Part shown: in pieces, positions 19,501-29,186 of the stretch | How the letters are laid out: every line of letters starts with the position of its first letter | Numbering within the stretch: the first letter of the stretch is position 1 | Assembly: GCA_965226495.1 (NCBI GenBank) | Contig: OZ245365.1 | Span: 224,001 to 288,000, forward strand | From: Candidatus Marinacidobacterales bacterium | GTDB taxonomy: Bacteria; Acidobacteriota; Vicinamibacteria; Marinacidobacterales; DATDRI01 | Reading direction: 5' to 3' | Length of the DNA stretch: 64,000 nucleotides | The notes under the pieces: model-generated | Database searches by the model: none | Told to the model about the DNA's origin: nothing | What the model saw: the letters and a program-made list of their open reading frames with translations, nothing else | Program-made: the position numbers and the translations under genes

Positions 19501-22500
19501 GTCGTGATCAGAGAGTGCGAGGTCGGCGTCGGAAACACTGACTTCCGCGAATTCCAAGTAGGTTCCGAGTACGCTTCCGCCTAGGGCGTCGAAGAGGCGG
19601 AAACAGTAGTCCCCACCACGTGTGGCGTTCGAGGTGGCTTGAATGGAGAACTCGATTTCGGTGAACTCGTCGCCGTTCAGAGTCATCGAACTGGCTGCAT
19701 TGTTGGCGTCTCGAACCTCGCCGCTGATGAAGACCGACGCTTCGTCCGTGAGGCCGGGCGTGACGTTGGTGGTGGCCTCACCGTCGGTAATGAAGACGGA
19801 GTCGATGATTTGCCAGTCACCGCTCGCGTCGATGGGTACCGCGGTGTAGGTGCCGGCGGCGCAAGCAGCCGTTTCCGCTACTTGAAGTTGGAAGGCGACC
19901 GGACCGGCGTTCAAGACCCCTTCGTTCGAGACGTCGAATCTCAAGCGTCGAGGAGACTGTTCTGCCAGCCCAATGAGCTTCGTATCCTGAGGCAACGCCC
20001 ACGTTGCAGCGCTTTCACCGGCGTCATCGTTCCGCCAACGATAGTGGTTTTGAGTGAGGTCGCCAACGGCGGCGGGGATGATTTCATCGGCGCCGATGTC
20101 CCAAGGCGTCACGCGCGACTCTGCGTCAATATCGTCAGCGAAGGCAAGGTCGGGATCTGCGGACAGTTTGGTGCCGAAGCTTTGAGCTCCGGTGTCGCTC
20201 GGGTCCAAGTGAAAATCGTCCGCGGCGGCATTGACGAACGTGACGCCAACTCCGTCCCGGGCACTGTTCGGGGGGATATCCAAGTCCGGACCCGGACCAG
20301 ACAGATTATTGGTGCTGGCTCCGATGTCGAAGGTCCCGACATAGTTATCCACGTTGTTGTAGACCAGGTTGTTCTTGGCGATCACCGTCCCTTGGAAAAC
20401 ATTGATGCCATCTTGCCCGTCGACGACCGTATTGTTGTAGAGATAGACGGTAAAATCCGGGTCATCCGGGCTGATGCCGACGACGAACGTCAAGCCGCTA
20501 CCGTCCCAGTCATAGAAGAGGTTGTTGTGGGCCTTGAGCACGCCCGAGCCCGCGGAGAAAATTTCCAGCCCAATGCGAATGTCTTCGATGCCGGATCCGT
20601 TTCCTCGAACGATGGAGTTCGAAACCTCGTAGTCGGAGGCTCCGATGGAGCTGCGAAATGCAATCCCGAGGGCACCGTTCGTGTCTGTCCTCATCCATAC
20701 TTGCAGGCCGTCGATGCGTACGTAGTTGTCCTGGACCTCTAGAGCGGTGATGCCGTCTATCTCCAAACGGTAAGCGTTGAGATTCCAGGTCCCGTTGTGT
20801 CGTTGGCTGGCGCCCACCTCGCTCGGATCGGTAGGCGTATAGATGCGAATGTAGTTGCTCGGGGCCGTGATCCAGCCGCTGAGAAACACGTTTTTCGTGT
20901 CCGGTCCGTCACCGTAGCAGGCAACATTCATGATGGTGTCGCTGGCGACCAAATCGTTGGAGGTGTCGAAATCCCTCACCGAGATGTCCAGGCTGGTGTT
21001 CTCGAACTGCGTTCCCCAATCGGACAAGAATGTGTAGGCGCGAAAAACTTCTACGAAGGTGCCCGGTCCAGCAGGTTGAGGGATTCCTCCGCTTGCGTCT
21101 CTGACCGTGTAAACCGTGGCCGAACTCCGACCATGGATAAAGGCCAGGTGGAAACTACCGTCGTTGTACTGCAGCACGTCGCCGACTCCGACATCGTTCG
21201 GCATGGGCCCAGAAAACGTCGCCGTGCCCCCGACAATCTCCACAGTACGAAAGCTAGTATTGAGGTCCGCGCTATTGATTCCCACCGAGCGATAGAGTGG
21301 TGCCGCGGTCACTAGGGCTTCGTCGGCTCCCATGTCCCATGGTGCGATGCGAAACTCCCCGTCGATGTCGTGACCAAACAGACCCGAGGCATCGAAGCCA
21401 GCATCGATGGCGTTCGCTCCGATCGCTAGGTGCAAATCTTCGGAGCCGTTGAGTGTGTTCTGGAATTCTCCGCCGTTCTCGAACGTTATGGAGGTCGCTC
21501 CCGGCGGGTTGTCCACCGCCGTGTCGTCTGACGACATGTTGTGCTGGTAGGTGGCGTTTACGGGAGGGGTGGCGCCGGTCTGGCACACCTCCGTGCCGAC
21601 GTTCAGGGCTCCCGTGTTGTAGGCGCAGTAAGCCTGGGCGTTGCCGACCCCCAGCGTATAGACATCGATTACGATGTTGTTCACGACGGTCCGGTCGGCG
21701 GAGTCGGGTCCGACAATCCCATAGACGTTCGCCGTCGCCGCGGCTTGGACGTTTCGAATATTGAAGACGGTATTGTTGTGGATGAACGTATTGTAAGAGC
21801 CCGCCAGTTCGTCGGTTATTCCGTGGGCCCTCCCCGACGCGCCCGGGTCGGTCGACAAAATGTCGTAGACGAGATTGTTGTAGACGAACGCTTGATCTAC
21901 CTGGTTGATGCCAATTCCCCTGACCGGCGAAGCGCTTCTCGCTATGTCGTGGACGATTAGATTGCGGAAAGTGATATCGAGGAGCGGCCCAGCGGCGCGA
22001 ATACCGTAGCCACGATCGAATCCCGTGCCGTCGATCTCGAGCCATTCGACGGTTACGAAATCGTTACCCACGTCAATCATGGGTCCGCCGCCGCCGACCG
22101 CCACCAAGCGTGCGCCCGTTCCGGCCGTACCGAGATGTCGCTGGCTCGCACCGCTCGCCACTTGGGAAGCGCCTGCCACGGTCAACGTAATGTAATGCGT
22201 TGGATCGGTGGTGTATCCGTTGATACTGGCGGGCGCGTCGAAGGCACCGTCGTCGTAGCAGATCCAGGTGAGGTTTACGTCCGCCCCGGTCGGGGTTAAA
22301 TCAAAATTATTCAAGTGGAGCCCATCGCCCGAATTGGCGATGGCGTTGGCGATGGTACCGAACGCTCGGCGGATGCCGCTCACCCCGACGAAAGCGGTAT
22401 CTGGCGGTTTAGCGCCGGTAGCGGTTTGCAAGACGAACTGGGTTGAACTGATGACGGTTTGGATGTACGCGGTGGTGCCCCCTCCGTATTCGATTTCGTC

Positions 22501-23373
22501 ACCGACACCGATGTTGCCGGTTTGTGCTTGATCGAGGGTCGCCAACCCATTTGTGATTTGGATGTTCGCCGGAAGTATCGCCAGATTGCCGGGCCAGGAC
22601 ACACCGACCGAATAGTAGACCTGGGCTGGCGCGAAAGCCGCGAGGACATAGGACATTTGAGAAGAGCTGAAATCGACGGTCCACCCTTGGTTCTCCGAGC
22701 CCGCTCTTGTTTTCTCTTCGTAACTGCCGGCCGCACCATGAGAGATCCCTGCATCGAAGAACTCGTTTTGCCCGGGATCGGGAGTGAAGGTCGTTGTGCC
22801 GTCGGACGCAACGCAGTCGAAGATCCACGCGCCATTGGTGAGAGTGCTGATGGTTTGCGAGATAGCGGTGGCGGCGGTGTCGTCGTCCGCAAACGCCGTC
22901 GCTTCGGGCCCTTGCTGGGCCGCGCCGAAGACGGACACCGAGCCCGCCCTAATCTCGGAGGTATTTCCAGAAGTGGTGATGGCGATGGTGTACGAACCGG
23001 GAAGAGGAAGATCCGAGTCCAGCATGTACCAGATCTCGGTGCTCGTCACCGCCCCACTCGGAGGAGCCCAGTGCTCGATGGCTTGCGTCATCGAGACACC
23101 GTTGTAGGTCATCGTGATGACGTCGCTATTCGGCAGGCTGGCATCTACGGCGACGGAAACGACCAGGAGCCGATTGGGCCCCGCGCCGACCGTATGGCTG
23201 AAACTCAGGAAAGATCCGCCGCCGGTCGAGCCGTTGGTACTATCGACGGCAATCGCGGCTTCCGCCGACGAAGCCAAGCCCAAGAGCCCGGCTGCCATCG
23301 CGAAGAGCCAAGCTGCGCCCAATACGTTTACGCGGGCCACGCTTTCTTTGCGATTCGTTCCATTCACTGGCAC
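13536..23373 (-). CDS. Giant secreted modular protein (~3,280 aa) with four beta-helix modules and a C-terminal C25 gingipain-like cysteine peptidase; interrupted by a +1 frameshift at ~14005-14007
   Basis: ORF 13906-23406 plus ORF 13536-14012. The likely start is GTG 23373 after GGGGAGAG, followed by a signal peptide ending SSAEA-AIAV. C25 motifs YVLLLGDG, PDLAIGRLP, YIGHG, LTMNC and LFGDPA are present. Removing one T gives KIYLDELGAAGTHDSIL. Confidence 0.9.
14736..16569. repeat. Copy 2 of the duplicated C-terminal cassette
   Basis: Near-identical to 1-1840. Confidence 0.95.
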
Positions 23374-23399
23374 ATAGCTCTCCCCGATCGGATCTTGGG

Positions 23400-23419
23400 A
23401 ACGCAAGAAATGTGCCGGG
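23400..23419 (-). promoter_or_regulatory. Sigma-54 (-24/-12) promoter of giant gene 2
   Basis: Minus strand reads cccGGCACatttcTTGCgtt. It overlaps the ORF-track TTG start at 23406, so that start is probably wrong. Confidence 0.8.
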
Positions 23420-23444
23420 CGACTGAATTTGGAAGTGTCCGGTT

Positions 23445-23457
23445 ACTCAACGCGTTA
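23445..23457. promoter_or_regulatory. IHF-like site
   Basis: ACTCAA-CGCG-TTA, 26 nt from the promoter motif (25 nt for gene 1). Confidence 0.5.
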
Positions 23458-23561
23458 CAGCGAAAGCTTCTTCGGGAGAGGGGGGAAAGGACAACACTCT
23501 ATCCCGTCGAGGGTGGGGAGACTACGTACTCAGCAGTAGGACGATCGTGTTGGTTTCGATC

Positions 23562-23741
23562 TCAACTGCCGAGACTCGAGCACGACATGAGATCGCAGCT
23601 TGTTCCGCTTCCGGTGGCCCCGATCGTCAAAGTTTTGCAACCCGCCGCCAGGCACTCTTGGGGCTCGAGTGCGATCTTCCTGATTTCTGGTTTCGAATAC
23701 TGTTTGCGCATCTCTCGCTTGGAAGTCTCTTTGCGTTGCAT
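23562..23741 (-). CDS. Putative RiPP precursor peptide (59 aa; RRE-binding-type leader, Cys/Ser/Thr/Gly-rich core)
   Basis: GGAGG RBS about 6 nt before ATG 23741. Sequence: MQRKETSKREMRKQYSKPEIRKIALEPQECLAAGCKTLTIGATGSGTSCDLMSCSSLGS. It has a YxxPxI leader motif, and a PqqD-like gene lies 4 kb away. Confidence 0.75.
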   Translation of the reverse strand: MQRKETSKREMRKQYSKPEIRKIALEPQECLAAGCKTLTIGATGSGTSCDLMSCSSLGS

Positions 23742-24208
23742 CTTGGCCCTCCGGTACTCGCTCTGTCGTACTCGAGCTTCCGCAGAAAAACTAGTGGCGC
23801 TCCTAGTCGAAGGAGCGCACGTAGAATCTGTGCGCAAGTTTTATTGAGAAGAAAAAAGTTGTATGAACATTTATAACACGTCGTGATCGCGAATGCAAAA
23901 ACGTAGTCCATCTGAGAGCCACCGCAGAATCGCCTCTAACCACAAAGAAAGAGGAAACTCTTTCAATTCCGTCCATTGGGCTCGAGGGGGGGTGACGCGA
24001 GGTTGCGAGTTTGATGGGAATTCCCTATGGCGTGTGGTCTTAACCCTACAGGGATGAGTGACCGATCGGCTCTCCAATCCTCGGGGGTGACGGCCTAATG
24101 CCCTTCTTCTCAGTTGTTTACCTTTCGCGTATACGGTAGACCTTCGCGGGCACAATTCTTGAACGTAGGAATTTGGCAACGTGTTTTCGTTTTCAGCCTG
24201 GATCGAAC

Positions 24209-26431
24209 ATGGATACCCAATACGCAAGACAGTCTGGCCCTTGGCGTGCGCATCCCAGTCTAGATCTGCGCGACTACCTGAACGTCGTTCTTAAACGGCG
24301 TTTCCTGGTCGGTGTGGTGGCGCTCGCGGTCCTTGCCGTGAGCATCGTCGATACGTTGCTCGAAACGCCGGCTTACCGCGCGTCCGCCCTGATTCAAATC
24401 GACTGGGTAAAGATCAATCTGGTTCAAGACGTGATTGTCGAGGATGTGGGGGCAGCGCTCGGAGTGCTTTTCGCGACCGAGGAAAGGATCATGCAGAGCC
24501 GGCCGCTTGCGGAGCAAGTCGTAGAAGCGCTCCGGCTTTGGGAGCACCCGGTCTTCGGCTCGGCGAAAGATCCCCCGTCGCCGGCCGAGCACGAAAAGCT
24601 GGTCAAGCGCACCGCTGCTGCAATGTTGTCGATGATGCGGATCGCTCACGTGATGGATACGCAGTTGTTCGAAGTGACCTTTCAGACGCCGGACGCCGAG
24701 CTCTCCGCGAAGCTAGCCAATACTCTCGTTAGTCAGTATGTCGTGTTCAGTTCGGAGGCGGACTCCGGGATAGCCAGAAATACGCTGAGCTTTATTCGGG
24801 AGAAGATCGAGGAACTGCAGCGGGGTATTCTGAAAAAGGAACGGCTTCTTCGCGATTTCGACAAAGGGAGACAACTAGTAGCGGCGGACACCGGTGATCG
24901 GACGGCCGTAGCTGAGAGGCTGGCGGAGCATCATCGCCAGCTCGCGCAGGCGGAGGCCGAACGTGCATCCGCAGAAGCCCAGTATCTGAGTCTCAAGAGG
25001 GCACGCCCGGAGGATTTGTCTGGAATTCAAGCGAACGGTCGCTATCGGAGCCTCCAGGACAAGCAGGCGACGCTACGGGAGCAGTACGCCGAGATGGGCT
25101 CCAAGTTCAAACCAGAGTGGCCAGAGATGCAACGACTCGCTGCCAAGATCGAGGAAGTGCAGCAAAGTCTGGAATCGGTGCTTGCAGAAGAAGCCGACAA
25201 GGGGATCGCCGTTGCGCGGGTAGCATACGGAACCGCGGTAGAGAGGGAGCGGCTCCTTCGAGAGGCGCTTCGGAAACAATCGGAGCAAGCACGAGAGGTC
25301 GTCGCCGCAACGGTGGACTACGATCAGGCGAGAAGCGAGCTAAATAACGATCGAGAGATTCTACAGGGGCTCTTGCGGCGAGCGACCGAAACCGGGTTGA
25401 GCGCCGACTTGAGAGAGCAGCAGCCAACAAGAGTTCGCATTGTGCAAGGAGCAGAGGTTCCGGGCGGCCCTTTTTCTCCCAACGTTCCAATGAATGCCTT
25501 GATGGGCGCTTTGCTCGGCTGTGCTCTTGCCGTCGGCCTCGCGTTCCTCCTGGAATACGCGGACAGCACCATTCGAACCGCAGAAGATCTTCGGCGGTGG
25601 GTACCGCTTCCGTGCCTGGGCGTGATTCCGGGCTACGGAACCGAACACTTCCAGGTCACGCAACGAGTACTACCCGGATTCCGTCCTAAGCGACTGCCTT
25701 CGGGTCGGATGGCCGAGCGTTCCAATGGCGAGGGACAAGGGCAGTCGTATTTGCCGATGTTATTCGATGAGAGGCAGCATCTTCAGGAGAACCGAGAGCT
25801 GCTCAACGAACGTCTCAAGTTTCTTCGCGGCTCCCTGCTCTTGAGCACACCGGGTCACGTTCCGCAGACGATACTAGTCACGAGTGCCGAGAAGGGCGCC
25901 GGAAAGAGCTTCGTGTCCTGTAACTTGGGACTTGCACTGGTCCAACTCGACAAGAAAGTCCTGCTGGTGGACTCGGATCTCAGGAACCCTCGGTTACACC
26001 GGGTATTCAACTATCGTAATCGAACGGGTTTGACCAATGTCCTCACCGGTCAGAGGCAGCTAAACGATGGGTGCGTTGTGCGGACCGAAACGCCGAACCT
26101 CTTTCTACTGATGGCCGGCCCTAAAAGTCCCACGCCCGGAGAGCTGCTGGCTTCTCAAGCCATGGAGCAGACGTTGGAAACGTGTGCCTCCCATTTCGAC
26201 TTCGTGGTCGTGGACTCGGCGCCCCTGTTGCCGGTCTTTGACACGCATTCATTGTGCGGGCGCTGTGACGCGGTGTTGTTGGTCACTAGGAGCGGCCGAA
26301 GCACGCGCAACGAGCTGAAGAGCACCTTGGAATTGATCGAAAAGGTCAATGGCAAGGTGACCGGCGTCGTTCTCAACGACGTGGACCTCAAATCACAACC
26401 GGGTCAATACTACGGTCGCTACACCTACTAG
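24209..26431 (+). CDS. wzc: Polysaccharide co-polymerase / BY tyrosine autokinase (Wzc/GumC family)
   Basis: N-terminal LDLRDYLNVV plus TM, long coiled coil, second TM, Walker A variant TSAEKGAGKS, LVDSDLRNP, VVVDSAP and a Tyr-rich tail QYYGRYTY. Confidence 0.93.
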   Translation: MDTQYARQSGPWRAHPSLDLRDYLNVVLKRRFLVGVVALAVLAVSIVDTLLETPAYRASALIQIDWVKINLVQDVIVEDVGAALGVLFATEERIMQSRPLAEQVVEALRLWEHPVFGSAKDPPSPAEHEKLVKRTAAAMLSMMRIAHVMDTQLFEVTFQTPDAELSAKLANTLVSQYVVFSSEADSGIARNTLSFIREKIEELQRGILKKERLLRDFDKGRQLVAADTGDRTAVAERLAEHHRQLAQAEAERASAEAQYLSLKRARPEDLSGIQANGRYRSLQDKQATLREQYAEMGSKFKPEWPEMQRLAAKIEEVQQSLESVLAEEADKGIAVARVAYGTAVERERLLREALRKQSEQAREVVAATVDYDQARSELNNDREILQGLLRRATETGLSADLREQQPTRVRIVQGAEVPGGPFSPNVPMNALMGALLGCALAVGLAFLLEYADSTIRTAEDLRRWVPLPCLGVIPGYGTEHFQVTQRVLPGFRPKRLPSGRMAERSNGEGQGQSYLPMLFDERQHLQENRELLNERLKFLRGSLLLSTPGHVPQTILVTSAEKGAGKSFVSCNLGLALVQLDKKVLLVDSDLRNPRLHRVFNYRNRTGLTNVLTGQRQLNDGCVVRTETPNLFLLMAGPKSPTPGELLASQAMEQTLETCASHFDFVVVDSAPLLPVFDTHSLCGRCDAVLLVTRSGRSTRNELKSTLELIEKVNGKVTGVVLNDVDLKSQPGQYYGRYTY

Positions 26432-27666
26432 CTCGGAATCGGGGTCCCGCCGGAGTCTTCCTCGATCGGTAGCAGTTCTTGTTCTTTTTTCCACCCAGCG
26501 AATATCGCCCAGAACAACCACACCTGCGCCCGTAGTCGGTAGGCGGTCCCGATGTTGCTGACGAACAGCCCGTAAAGGATAACCATTGCTAGCGTAATCG
26601 AGATCAACACCAAGCTACCGCTGAGGTTCTGACGGAGACCCAATTTCATGCCCCGAAAGATGCGAGGATACAGAAGGAGCCAAAAGATCATCTCCGGAAT
26701 GACCAGCATCTGTCGTGCCGACCCGAGTTGCCATGGAAGAGGTACGGTCAGGAAATAGAAAACGCCGAGGGGTAAGAACTTGAGGGCGGCAAGAGGAGTC
26801 GATACGTCGCTTCCACGAAGGTAGCCAGAAGAGGCTGATGCCAGATCATCTCGTGAGGATTGGACTTGTCCCAAGAACTCTCTGCTGTTCTCCGGCAAGA
26901 CTTTCAGGATCCCCGAGCTCGAACCGGAGACAACTAGAAGCACGATCAAACCGCCCAGCACGACAATCCGTCCAATGACGGTAGAGGCCGGGGTCTCCTC
27001 GGTCGAGGCGTCGCCGCCTCCCCAGCGACGGGCTAGAAGGATACCGAGGATGATGCTGGGTAGCAGTACAGCGGCCAAATAGAACCGCAGCGATGTAAGC
27101 GCGCCGATTCCAAGAACCACGATGAAAATCGATCGCGGGCGAAAGCTCTCCTGAAGGATGAGGACGTGATACGAAATCAGACTTAGAACGAAGAGAACCA
27201 ACCCTTCCTTGTAAAGGGCGCCACCCCAAAATGCGAAGACAGGAGAAAAAATCACCAATCGTGCCGCATAGAGAGCGCCGATATCGGTTAGACCTAGTTG
27301 ACGGGAGATTCGGTAGATGAAGACCGGCGTCCAGGCGGTGATGAGGTTGAAGAGCACAATGAGCAAGGGTAGGGCGCGTGCTCCCCGGAGGACGAAGGAG
27401 AATAACGCCATGACGAAGATCATGCCCCATGCGGTACGACCACTCGCCATCATGCTCTGCAGGGTTGGGGAGGTACCGTCGGCCATCCACTCGAGTGCGA
27501 TTCGCCTCCCCATAGCCTCGTACGTCATGGCGTCTTCGACTAAAGAAAAATCCGTGTACCAGGACGCCCACCAGGCGAGCAGCCCCAGCAAACAACGCAG
27601 CGCGAAGCTCAGCCAATAGATGGACTTCTCGTTGGTGCCGTCGATGGTGCTATCGAGTCGGTGCAT
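26428..27666 (-). CDS. Polytopic membrane protein, Wzy polymerase / GT-C-like, of the type seen in polysaccharide clusters
   Basis: About 10 hydrophobic segments; motifs EDAMTYE, LYKEG, LRFY, PLPWQ and NIGTAYRLRAQ; convergent with wzc. Confidence 0.6.
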   Translation of the reverse strand: MHRLDSTIDGTNEKSIYWLSFALRCLLGLLAWWASWYTDFSLVEDAMTYEAMGRRIALEWMADGTSPTLQSMMASGRTAWGMIFVMALFSFVLRGARALPLLIVLFNLITAWTPVFIYRISRQLGLTDIGALYAARLVIFSPVFAFWGGALYKEGLVLFVLSLISYHVLILQESFRPRSIFIVVLGIGALTSLRFYLAAVLLPSIILGILLARRWGGGDASTEETPASTVIGRIVVLGGLIVLLVVSGSSSGILKVLPENSREFLGQVQSSRDDLASASSGYLRGSDVSTPLAALKFLPLGVFYFLTVPLPWQLGSARQMLVIPEMIFWLLLYPRIFRGMKLGLRQNLSGSLVLISITLAMVILYGLFVSNIGTAYRLRAQVWLFWAIFAGWKKEQELLPIEEDSGGTPIPS

Positions 27667-27852
27667 CGTTGCTCAAATCGGACCCAGATCTGTCACGCGG
27701 ACCAAGGCTCGACGCGATGGCGGTTCTGTCTTTGATTTTTAGGGTGAAGAGTGAGTCAATTCATTATGGGGAGGGCGAGAGGTTTTTGTCAACCCAACTC
27801 CTTCGCCGATAGCGGCTTGCGGGAGAGGGGTGGGTGGGAGCCGAAGCGGGTA

Positions 27853-28152
27853 CTAGGCGGTCGGACCCTCTTCGATGGCCTGGATACTCACGAGTTGTTC
27901 CACGAATTGTGACACGTCGGCCTCGGCCTGCTGGGTGCTCACGTCGAACTCTTCGACGATGACCGCGCAGATGTCCCGGACGGCGCGCTTTCCATCGACG
28001 AGCTCGTAGACTCGAGCCGCCACTTCGTTCAATGAATAGAGGTTTTCCATTTCTGCGACGCTATCTCTGAGCGGGACGAGAATCACCTCGTCCACAATCT
28101 TGCGTGAGGCCACGCGATCCTTGACGCAGTAGATCTTGTCTAAGTCCATCAT
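27853..28152 (-). CDS. Standalone PqqD-family RiPP recognition element (RRE)
   Basis: 99 aa with RKIVDEVILVP...LYSLNEVAARVYELVDGKRAVRDI...EEFDVS...AEADVSQFVEQL, the typical PqqD pattern. Confidence 0.9.
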   Translation of the reverse strand: MMDLDKIYCVKDRVASRKIVDEVILVPLRDSVAEMENLYSLNEVAARVYELVDGKRAVRDICAVIVEEFDVSTQQAEADVSQFVEQLVSIQAIEEGPTA

Positions 28153-28168
28153 CGTCGAGCCATTTCGA

Positions 28169-28540
28169 TTAAGGGATGAGTAACGCCAGGCCGGTGGCGG
28201 TAATGGTCAAGAGACCCACCAGCACCCACAGGCCAAGGCACCGCCGACGGTCTTTTTCCCGTTCCTGGCTGGTGTTCGCGCGGCCAGTCTCCTCATTCAT
28301 TCGATGCGAGCCCCGCATCCCCATGACGACTCAAGTCTCGCTCGAAGCCTGAACCAACCCCAAGAAAGCAGCCAACAGGGGAACTACGAGCACGAGTCGG
28401 GCGAGCCTTGGAGCGTCTATCCACCCGAGTGCAAGCAGGATGAGAAGGCTTGCCCCCAGGCCGATGGCCCCGAATCGCCATCGACGGCGCACTTCGATTG
28501 GGCCGATGTTGCGTCGTCCGGGAACGTAGTTGGCCTCCAT
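28169..28540 (-). CDS. Small membrane protein (123 aa) with an in-frame UGA at 28331-28333; candidate selenoprotein
   Basis: The 69-aa ORF 28331-28540 continues in frame after TGA as VVMGMRGSHRMNEETGRANTSQEREKDRRRCLGLWVLVGLLTITATGLALLIP to TAA at 28169. A hairpin starts 11 nt after the UGA. Confidence 0.7.
28303..28319 (-). promoter_or_regulatory. Bacterial SECIS-like stem-loop
   Basis: mRNA reads UGA-GUCGUCAUGGG-GAUGCG-GGGCU-CGCAUC: a 6-bp stem with a G-first apical loop 17 nt after the UGA. Confidence 0.6.
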
Positions 28541-28683
28541 GGAAAGCCTGATTCTAACGAAATCGAGCCCAATGTGCTACGGCCGCCTGTTCAACTTAAG
28601 TTGTGGAAACCCCGTAATTTGGCGGCCTCGTGGCCAACTGAGACAATGGCAAATCTGGATTTCGCTGCGGAGGCTGTCGGCGT

Positions 28684-29184
28684 TTACCAGATCCAGACCT
28701 TGACTTCTTCTTCGTCGGTGCGCACGTGGATCAGGTCTGAGTTCGAGATCTCTCCCAATGCATTTACGACGTCGGAAGCCGCGAAGGCTTCACCGTCGTA
28801 GTGGCGAATCAACTCGGTTACGGTTTCAAGGGGTACGATGACCGAGACCTCTTCGTGCTGGCTGTGGACGGTCACCTCCAGATCACCTCCAGACTTCGAG
28901 ATGAGAACCGTTTCGTCGCCATCCTGCACGCTAACGAAATCTCCGTCAGGAGCGATGATGAGCTCTTGCAGAACCCTTTCCGCGGCTTCCTGATACTCTG
29001 CAAACTCGGGGCAGGGGATGCGGGTAGACTCTTCCGGAGCGAAGGCAACCGCGGCTCTAACGACGACCAAGGGTACCGGAATTACGAAATGGTTTCCATC
29101 CGCCGTGACGTCCACCACGACGTAGCTCGTGCTAGCCACCATGGCGACAAAGGCTAAGGGTAAGACGGCGGCTACTTTGAACAT
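28684..29184 (-). CDS. Exported or membrane-anchored hypothetical protein, paralog-like to the upstream gene
   Basis: Hydrophobic N-terminus; ends LIHVRTDEEEVKVWIW, similar to the neighbour's IVRVDDGKSHVRIWVD. Confidence 0.75.
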   Translation of the reverse strand: MFKVAAVLPLAFVAMVASTSYVVVDVTADGNHFVIPVPLVVVRAAVAFAPEESTRIPCPEFAEYQEAAERVLQELIIAPDGDFVSVQDGDETVLISKSGGDLEVTVHSQHEEVSVIVPLETVTELIRHYDGEAFAASDVVNALGEISNSDLIHVRTDEEEVKVWIW

Positions 29185-29186
29185 TT

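Noticed and set aside
556-23847. Many 60-460 aa plus-strand and off-frame ORFs over the giant genes
   Set aside because: These are shadow ORFs of GC-rich coding sequence with no recognisable motifs.
23894-23910. Sigma-54-like motif for the peptide gene (TGGACTACGTTTTTGCA, minus strand)
   Set aside because: GG-to-GC spacing is 11 rather than 10 and the -24 box is poor.
24173-24192. Sigma-54-like TGGCAACGTGTTTTCG before wzc
   Set aside because: The -12 element is TC rather than GC; too weak to call.
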